DNA of 62,724 bases, counting the filler, from Dugesia japonica (Eukaryota), in the NCBI GenBank assembly GCA_001938525.1. It is 5 parts of 5 records of this genome, joined end to end, with 100 filler letters (N's around TTAATTAATTAA, not from the genome) between each part and the next. Parts side by side here need not be neighbours in the genome. Positions count along the whole stretch, not along the records: positions 52,079 to 62,724 come from MQRL01613106.1; 4 more parts are not named here. One strand, written 5' to 3'. The notes under the pieces were generated by a model, which did no database searches, was not told where the DNA came from, and saw nothing but the letters and a program-made list of their open reading frames with translations. Made by a program: the position numbers and the translations under genes. Shown here piece after piece: positions 54,830-62,724 of the stretch. The first letter of the stretch is position 1, and each line of letters begins with the position of its first letter.

Positions 54830-55264
54830 ATTTTTTGAGCACATTTTATTCTCCACATTGGTCAAATAATAATGTCAAATTTTTTATATGGTTGCATTTT
54901 AATTCTAATCATCCATTTATGCGAATTGTGATATTCAATATCATATGTATTTTCAGGAACATCCTTTGAATTAATAAAAAATTTATCTTTTATATAATTG
55001 ACGAGTCAACTCTTTGAACGATTTGAGTTAATATCGTCAAATCATTGGAACATATTTCCTATTTAAGCATACTGTATGTTCATCTTTTCAACTTAACAGG
55101 TTCTTAAAACAAACTAATAAATAAATAATAGATAATATTACTTGAAACGTATATATTAGAGACTTTTTGAAGAAATTCATCTTATAATGATGATAATCCA
55201 CGAGTTTTCCACATTTGACATTAACAATTGAAGCATTATCCTTTGTTAAAATGATTTCTTTCAT
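54830..55264 (-). pseudogene. Unknown gene X, copy B
   Basis: MKEIILTKDNASIVNVKCGKLVDYHHYKMNFFKKSLIYTFQ|EPVKLKR*TYS...FFINSK; intron at the same position as in copy A. Confidence 0.6.
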
Positions 55265-55329
55265 TTTCAAGTAATGAAAATTTATTATAAGATTCAGATT
55301 ATATACCTTTAGGTGCGCAATGAAGCGGT

Positions 55330-56790
55330 TCGTATGAGAGCAACCAAATAACTACGAAATTCTCACAATACTTTGAATGTCCGTCAATCTGGATCAAGCA
55401 AGCTCAAGGATTTCCAGGATATCAAGAGAAGATTCTAAGTACCTCCATTTTTTCTCAAACTTACGGTCAGTGACAACTTTTCAGGAATTGTTTTATACAG
55501 AATCCGAAACATCATATACAAATTTTTGAGAAGTTATAATTAACAATGGCAAACTACTGACTTCAAATCATGTTGATAAAATGTTTCCCCTAGAACTTCT
55601 GGGATATCAAAGCTTGTCAGATCGTCTTTGACAACTACACAGACACTTCAAAGAGATAGAACCTAATTACAAAGATGCAGACAATAGCATACATTTAAGA
55701 GATAAGAGCGATGTCTCAAAATATCATGCCTCGTCTCGTCTCCAACAAAAACTGTTTTTTGACTGAACTAGGACAATTGGCTAACAGACATGCGCAAAAA
55801 TAAATTTTCACAAGTTGTTCACAGCATCTCGAGTCAAACAAATACAAGCAAAGAACAGCAACTACGGTATGAGATAAATTAACTTAAAATGGTGCATTCC
55901 AGGGTCAACGAAACAACAGATCTAACACGAGCTCTTTACGTATGACCAAAGATGAAATGGACGAGGCAATGTCACAGAAGTTAATGACGAAAAATGGCAC
56001 AACATACGCAATTTCCACTTGAACGTCTTCCAGAATTAGGATGGTTTAAAGTGATGCACATTGATATTTTCAAACCTCTACCTCAATGTAAAGGAAAGCA
56101 ATTCATTCTGACGATGATCGATCGTGAAACATCTTGACTTGAAGCCATACCAGTAAATGAGATAACAAAAAGCAATTGTAGATGCTGTCAAAAAGTTGGG
56201 ATCAGTAGATTTGGCCCACTGGAGTTCATAATTACTGATTAAAGAAGACAATTTATTTCAAATTAATTCAAAGAAATGTGCAAGAGATACGGAATCGATC
56301 ACCACAATACAACAGCATACCATCTACAATGTAACGGTAAAATTGGAAGACTGTGTGGAACCATAAAAACTGCTATTTGAACACTTAATACAACTGCAGA
56401 ACGGACAGGGTCTATTGACTTGCCTATAGTCATGCTTGTACTAGAAATTGCAACAATTACAGGTCAACGAACCTCACGAGTGCAACTCGTCTATGGTTCA
56501 TCAACTCACCTCCCAGGATACATTATTCCAACTACAGGTATGAAAATTGCCATTACGAAAGAAAATGTTCAGGGTGCAATTTAACCGGTGGACCAAATCT
56601 ACTCGAGATAAAAAAGCTACCTACTATAACAGAAAGAACCATATTCATTCTATCTGTTCTAAAATATTTCGAACAAGTATGGCTCCAAGAACCTAATCCA
56701 ACAAGCCTTCAATCCCCAAACGAAGGGTCATATCGTGTCATTTACAGGAGTACAAATTTAATAACATTTGAAATTGACATCGTATTCCGG
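55330..56790 (+). mobile_element. Gypsy RNase H/integrase remnant
   Basis: HIDIFKPLPQCKGKQFILTMIDR...LEAIPV; FGP...IITD..RQFISKLF; TTAYHLQCNGKI. Confidence 0.85.
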
Positions 56791-56821
56791 AGATCTTCAA
56801 ACTGCGTTTGGGGTTATTTAA

Positions 56822-58845
56822 CCCTTTTGCTCCTATTGGGACAATTCGTCCAGAAACTTTCATCATGATCTTACTTGGATGTTTTCAAAGCCATTTGCGG
56901 TGTTTCATTGTTCTATTTGAATTTAAAATATTTACTATTAGGATTTTTCTTATACTTCTGTCAATTTAATTTAAATCGTGGATGGTCTTTTGTTGTACAG
57001 TAAATTTACAAATTTTAAGTGTTTTTATAAAAATTAAAAAAACAACATAATATTTTATTTTNGGAGCATAAAAATAATCGATTTACATTATAAAAAGTAA
57101 GTATTAATAAAATTTGTAGAAGATATTCGTAGTTTTTACTTTTGGAATTAAATATCCCAACAGTATTTTATGGATTGGTTAATTGGGATATATGGTCCCA
57201 ATAGTATTTTATATTAATGTTTTTCTAATTTGTTTTTAAAAATAGAATGTCTACCAGAAATAGAAATGTCCTGGATCACGAAATAGAAGCACTTATGAAT
57301 GCTAGTAGCGATGATAATGATCCAGATTTTGCAGTTTTTTTAGACAGATACGGAATAATTGCCAAGTGATGTTGAAGAAGCAAATGAAAATATTGAAAAA
57401 ATAGTAAATCAATCTAACATTGATGAAGAAGATATTCAAATTGAACAAAACATCATACAACATGATATTTGGGTTGCTACGGCTGAAATCTTTCGTCCTC
57501 GTATGGAAATACAACCAGATATTCCGCCCAGTATAATTGCTGAACTAGATAGGTCAACAAGTGAGTTAGAAACTTTATTGAAAATCTTTCCTATAAGTTT
57601 ATTTATTCATATTGCCGATTGCACAAACAAACGGATTGATATATTAGAAGCAACAACCAAACAAAAATATACAAAAACTATCTACTCTGAAAAAATGATA
57701 GTTGTTGATGTTACGCTTATCATGTCCTATAATTGCTTGTCAAATCTGAGTTGTTACTGCTCTCTAAAAAAAGTAAAGGAAATGAACTCATCAAATTAGC
57801 CATATTGAGAGACCGGTACTCATTTCTAATGAGCAAGATGTACTTCGCTGTCCCACAAAAAACTTATTATATTGATGACTTGGTGTCATGCTTGAAAAAT
57901 AATTTTATAAATGTCAGAGAATATATTACTTTCCAAAGCATTAATGAAAGTAGGGTGAAATTGAAAGAAAGATCCAGCCTCAAACAATATCTTCCCCTAA
58001 AGCCGATAAAAATAGGTATTACAATTTGGGAACGTTGCGACCCACTAACCGGATATATATACGACTTAAATATTTATTGCGAAAAGGAAACTTCACATCA
58101 AGCTGGTACATAAGGTGAGCGAGTGGTCAATAAGTTTATTTCAACAGTAGCTAAGAGAAATGTATATTTCTGTTTTGATCGGTTTTTTACATCTGCAAAA
58201 CTAATAAATGAAATTCAATATCTGGCTGAAGGCACATGCATGAAAAACAAAATAAATATTTCGAAGTCTATTAAAAAAATTGAAGAGAAGTAAAAGGGTT
58301 GTGTTGAATAATCAATTTGGTACTTCTTGCATAGTATGGCAAGATACAAAAAAAAGTACTCTGTTTGTGTAATTGTCATTTCAAATTTCAACAACTCAAC
58401 ATAAGGCCAACGCAAGCAAAAAACTAGATATTACTTGCCCGGAAGCTATAAAATTTCATGAAAAATAAATGGGTTGTGTATATCTCTTTGATCAAATGGT
58501 ATCTTCTTATGATAGCAACAGAAAATCTAATAAGTGGTGGATGAAGATATTTTACAAATTGCTGCAATCAGCTTGCGTTAATTCTTGGATAAGTTTCAAA
58601 GAAATTTGTCATAAAGATAAATTACCTTACTTTGAATTCCTTTTAGAAGTGGCTGAAGATTTGATTGAAATTGGTTAAAAGAATGCACCCATAAAAAGGA
58701 TGCGAAGTTATGATCGTCTCTCAAAATCGGTGCAAAGTTTGGTAAATGTTGGTGATCATCTTTCTGTTGAATGTAAAGAAAGACTTAGATGTGTAAATAT
58801 ATAAATTTAGCTTAGTGTCATCAGCGGAAAGTCGGTGAGAAAGGG
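56822..58845 (+). mobile_element. piggyBac transposon, near full length, degenerate
   Basis: TTAA|CCCTTT...AAAGGG|TTAA termini. QSINESRVKLKERSSLKQYLPLKPIKIG.TIW.RCD.LTGY; FDRFFTS; MGCVYLFDQMVSSY...RKSNKWW.KIFY. Confidence 0.92.
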
Positions 58846-59131
58846 TTAATGACTTTTAATTATATTACATTTAAACAAATTCATTTTGTTTAAATAATAT
58901 AATTTAAAAGAAAATCAGAAATTTTAATTTTAGTAAATATTGCCATTTTGTCCTTTATTTATGGATTCAAAATTATACGAACTCAACAATATCAATTAAC
59001 ATAAATAGCAACCAATCATATCCTTTAAAACAGGTAACGTCCAATAGAAACTAACAAATATCGAGTATGTATGTATAGCAAAAGTATATAAGCAGTGGTT
59101 TTCGTAAAATTAATAACTTTTACAATTCAAA

Positions 59132-59330
59132 ATGCAAGAAAATATTTTCAATAAAGAAAATGTCGCAGCAATTACTTTGGAAAATTTATGACTTTAAAGT
59201 AATTTTTTACTTCTCTTTTTATAAATTTATATTTTCTTTTAGAGACCTGTTATGATAAAACGTTCCAAATATAGTTTTTTAGTATCAGGAATTAATGAAA
59301 AAGTTAGGAATATGCAATATATTATATATG
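59132..59330 (+). pseudogene. Unknown gene X, copy C (truncated)
   Basis: MQENIFNKENVAAITLE...DFK|RPVMIKRSKYSFLVSGINEKVRN; same intron position and upstream sequence as copy A. Confidence 0.65.
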
Positions 59331-59459
59331 CATAATAAAAAACCAGAACATAATATATTTAATTATTTGAAAATAAAATATCTAAATTTAAATTGATATT
59401 ATTTGTACTTGGGTTGTACTTGTATTGCATCTGTATTCCGAATTTTTTATATTTTTTCA

Positions 59460-60082
59460 ATCAAATTAAAACAATCTGACGTGATATTATCCATATTTCC
59501 TTGAAAATTCAAATTTCTAAGTCCAAGTATTACTAGTTTTCTTGTTGAGAACACATTTACACATAAGAGGGTCTTATTTTATCGATCTTTAAGCAGAGAA
59601 TAACTCTGGTTCAAACCAATAATGACCATCTTTTCTACTTTATCCAAATGAATTGAAACTTTTATATTTACGACAATTGTTGACGACTGTAATTGTATCA
59701 TAGGAGTTCAAATCATGTTTATTTAAAATAAAAGCATCAATTAAAATTTGTTTTGTTTTGGTTTTGGATAAAACTTCATTATCAAAAACCAAAAAAACAA
59801 TTTTTGATAGATGCTTTTATTTTAAATGAATTTTAAAAAACGATCAATTGTTACGTTCAACAATTATTCTCTCAATAATTGCAATTGTAAATCAAATCAT
59901 GTTGTTTCAGTGGTTTTTGACAACCAATTATTCTTCATTTATCTGATCTGAATAATATAATTGTAAACTTGTCACTTTTGACTTTAAATTGACATGGTTT
60001 GCCTATAGCAAAGGAAAGCTAATTTTCTTAGTTATTTCTTGCGTCACTTAACCTCTGTAATTAATATTGTTTATCATAATTA
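59460..60082 (-). pseudogene. Divergent compact TBP-like gene, copy 2 (disrupted by an insertion)
   Basis: INNINYRG...IGKPCQF...FTIILFRSDK*RIIGCQK...IQLQSSTIVVN...WFEPELFSA...CVNVFSTRKLVILGL. Confidence 0.75.
59720..59891. mobile_element. 172-bp hairpin insertion with a 12-bp TSD (Penelope-like terminus)
   Basis: Flanked by TCAAATCATGTT at 59708-59719 and 59892-59903. Internal inverted ATTTAAAATAAAAGCATC...GATGCTTTTATTTTAAAT. Confidence 0.8.
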
Positions 60083-60186
60083 ATGAATTAATGGGTGAAC
60101 ATTGGTGTTTTGATAGAATTAATTTAATTGATCTGTTAAAACAAATAGCAACAATGTACTAAATTATTAATAATTATAAAAAGAAG

Positions 60187-60790
60187 ATGGAAAAATTAAG
60201 AAATGATGTAGTATATCAAATGGTTGAACCTCGTGGTAGTGGGAAAACTTCATTTTTTGTAAATTATTGAAATCAAATTTATTCAAGTCAAACTTAAAAA
60301 CATATATATATTAGCATAGGGACGCAGATGAAGAAAATGGTCTGACTAAATCTTAATTTTGTAATATTAAAATGAAAATAATAAATGGTTTTGATAAATA
60401 TTGGAGCAAGAGATTGAAACCAGGTGATGTTATTGTTGTTGATGATTTGTTTATGAAGAAAAATATTTTAATAATTTTTTTTACAAAGATATCATGACAT
60501 TGTAATGTGACTGTGATATCTATTACTCAAAATCTATTTCAACAAGTAGATAGTTATAGAATTTAAATGTGCAATATTTGATTCTATTCAAAAATCAAAC
60601 TGTTGCCAATTTTCTAACAAAACAAACATATCGAAATAACAGACAATTTCTGATTGAATCATTTCAAGATGCAAAAAATATTCCCATGGATATTTATTTC
60701 TTGACTTTACACAACAATGTCCAGATGACTATAGAATGAGAACTGATATATTTAGTTCAAGTGGTATAACTGTGTATAAAGAAAATAGGT
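60187..60790 (+). pseudogene. Maverick/Polinton packaging ATPase (A32/FtsK-like), disrupted
   Basis: Walker A PRGSGKT, Walker B VIVVDDL, FTKIS.HCNVTVISITQNLF, LNVQYLILFKN and HGYLFLDFTQQCPDDYRMRTDIF. Confidence 0.88.
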
Positions 60791-61134
60791 TATTTTATGA
60801 ATATTATATAAGATGGCAAAATTTAAATAAATTGTAGTTGATCAAGTTACTAATGATGGTGTTGTTAAATAACAAAAAAGCCTGCTGTGAAGAAAAAAAG
60901 GAAACAATCGCATAAGAAACAATCACATGAGAAGCAATTTCTAAATAAAAAAAGCAATTGAATATGTTAAAAAAAACTTGCGAAAATAGCGGAAAGAAAC
61001 TGAAAATTATGAATGGAAAATGGATATCATTATAAAATATTCGCTGGTATGTATGTTTTATTGAAAAAGAAATGAAATTAAAAAGAAGTATTTCGTTTTT
61101 CACCGCCTTGATTAAATCATCAACATTTTCTAGA

Positions 61135-61355
61135 ATGAAAATTTTGCAATCATTTCAATCGTATGTTGCAGAGGATTTAATTGAGATTATTGTAAAACGA
61201 AAGTATTGAAAAAACAAAGAAACATTATTAACGCTTGTAAATGCAAAAAATAGGAAATTGATGAGACGAGTAGTAATGAATAATCGAGGAGGTGACTTTA
61301 TAGCAGCATTACTACCAATTGCATTAGCTACATTACGCTCAACTCATTTCAAATA
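61135..61355 (+). pseudogene. Polinton small basic core-like protein remnant
   Basis: RKLMRRVVMNNRGGDFIAALLPIALA resembles the GG-F-..LLP protease-cleavage-type motif of Polinton/adenovirus core proteins. Confidence 0.5.
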
Positions 61356-61499
61356 AACAATGGTCTTATAGCAACATTTGAATAAACAATGCGTGAATTA
61401 AAATCATTACCTAATTTTAACCTGAAATTATCATCGAATCGTTGTAATGGGAAAACTGAAGACAATATGGACGGATTTAAAAACCTGCTCGGTTTTTGA

Positions 61500-62220
61500 G
61501 GCGTAGAAAATTTCATGGAAGCAGCTCAAAAAACCTAAAAATGACGAAAAAATGGTTATTGGGTCAACTAGTGTACAGTTTAAACAGGCCAAAAGATTTC
61601 TAATAAGACCATATAAAATATATGGTATTGATGATTTATGGCAAATGGAATTAATAAGGATCACAAGTATATTTTTATATGTAAAGATGTATTTGGTAGT
61701 TTTCCAAGAGCTGTTCCAGTTAAATCAAAATCTGCTAATGATATGGAATCAAGAATCAAGTCAATCTTTAAAAATGAAAATCCAGATAATCTACAAACAG
61801 GTTTGGGTAAGGAATCTTACAATTTCAAAGTGAAACGACTTAATAATCATCTAAAAATAAACCATTATAGTGTATTCTCGCTGTACAAAGTTGAACATGT
61901 AGTGAAATTTAATCGTACATTGAGAGATGTTTTGAAAACATACTTTGAACATGTTGGTAATAAGACTTGAATAAATGTTTTACCGAAACTTATTTATAGT
62001 TACAATCATTCGAATCATAAGTTATTAAATAGAGCAAGACCGGATAAGTATAAACAATCAAATAAAGTTATGGTAATCACAAAAACATCCAAAAGCAAAT
62101 AGAAAACCAAAATATGAAGTTGATGATCATGTGAGATCCTCAAAAATATCAGCTTCCTTATTTATTAAGAATTACAGTAATAATTTGAGTGATGAAGTGT
62201 TTTAAATTACAAATATTAAC
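61500..62220 (+). pseudogene. Maverick/Polinton retroviral-like integrase, disrupted
   Basis: GIDDLWQM...KYIFICKDVF...AVPVKSKS...PDNLQTGLGKE.YN...KFNRTLR...INVLPKLIYSYNHS.H...PKYEVDDHVRSSK...LSDEVFKI. Confidence 0.9.
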
Positions 62221-62479
62221 AGTAGCACGATCGCGCCAACCGTTTGACTTTTGATTTGATTGATTATTGATTTTTGAAGTGATTAATAATTGATTTTTGA
62301 ACTTTTTGTTTTGTTTAGAGTGCAGGGGAGGGAAGAGAAAGGAATGGAGGTGTGGAACACAACATCATTCACTACTAAAATATTTAATTTTTACTTTTAA
62401 AAGTTTTTAAACTATATAAATATTTTTGTACAAAAAAATTTTAATTAACCGTTAACTACACATAATTTTCGTACCAAAA

Positions 62480-62605
62480 CTTAATTTAATTTATTTTAAT
62501 TCCTTGATTAATTTGTGACTTCCAATTATCAAAAAAGAAATTTTTAAAAAAAATAATTCCCAATCAAAGCACAAAAATTTCAACTCGCTTTAAAACCACT
62601 CACAC
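62480..62605 (-). mobile_element. LTR fragment of the 5754/44173 family
   Basis: CAATCAAAGCACAAAAATTTCAACTCGCTTTAAAACCACTCACA matches 44538-44581. Confidence 0.6.
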
Positions 62606-62724
62606 ACACATTTTCTTTTTTTTCTAAAAAAGAAATAATTAAATAATATATACGATTTCATTAAAATAAGATAAGGCTTCGATCAAAACAAAACAAAATT
62701 TATTTGTAAAAAAAGTTCAAATTT

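Larger units (their letters stand above)
52500..62230. mobile_element. Degraded Maverick/Polinton-like endogenous virus region (boundaries uncertain)
   Basis: Adjacent ATPase and integrase of Polinton type, plus a linked, repeated accessory module. No TIR, pPolB or capsid gene is visible in the window. Confidence 0.6.

Overview
Very AT-rich eukaryotic (metazoan) genomic DNA, not prokaryotic. It has short 43-48 nt GT-AG introns, (AAT)n tracts and a TRAF/MATH gene, which is compatible with an invertebrate such as a triclad flatworm (inference only). The window consists of five contigs joined by artificial 100-nt linkers (44N-TTAATTAATTAA-44N). Host genes: a SYAP1/Sap47-like BSD protein (5' exons), a TRAF-type MATH domain, an intact 2-exon LicD/fukutin-family gene, insulin-receptor-like FnIII exons and neurexin/CASPR-like LamG-EGF exons. 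Most of the rest is decayed transposons: Gypsy fragments and solo LTRs, an RLE non-LTR element, Penelope, Tc1/mariner, hAT, piggyBac and MITEs. Two things stand out. (1) At about 52.5-62.2 kb there is a degraded Maverick/Polinton-like endogenous virus (packaging ATPase, integrase, GG-x-F core-protein motif). It is physically linked to two divergent, compact TATA-binding-protein (TBP)-like genes, three paralogs of an unknown intron-containing gene and a shared CCAAT/TATA promoter. (2) A family of Penelope-related termini carries minimal hammerhead ribozymes, one with an intact core at 25513-25549. All calls are by eye; no database searches were run.
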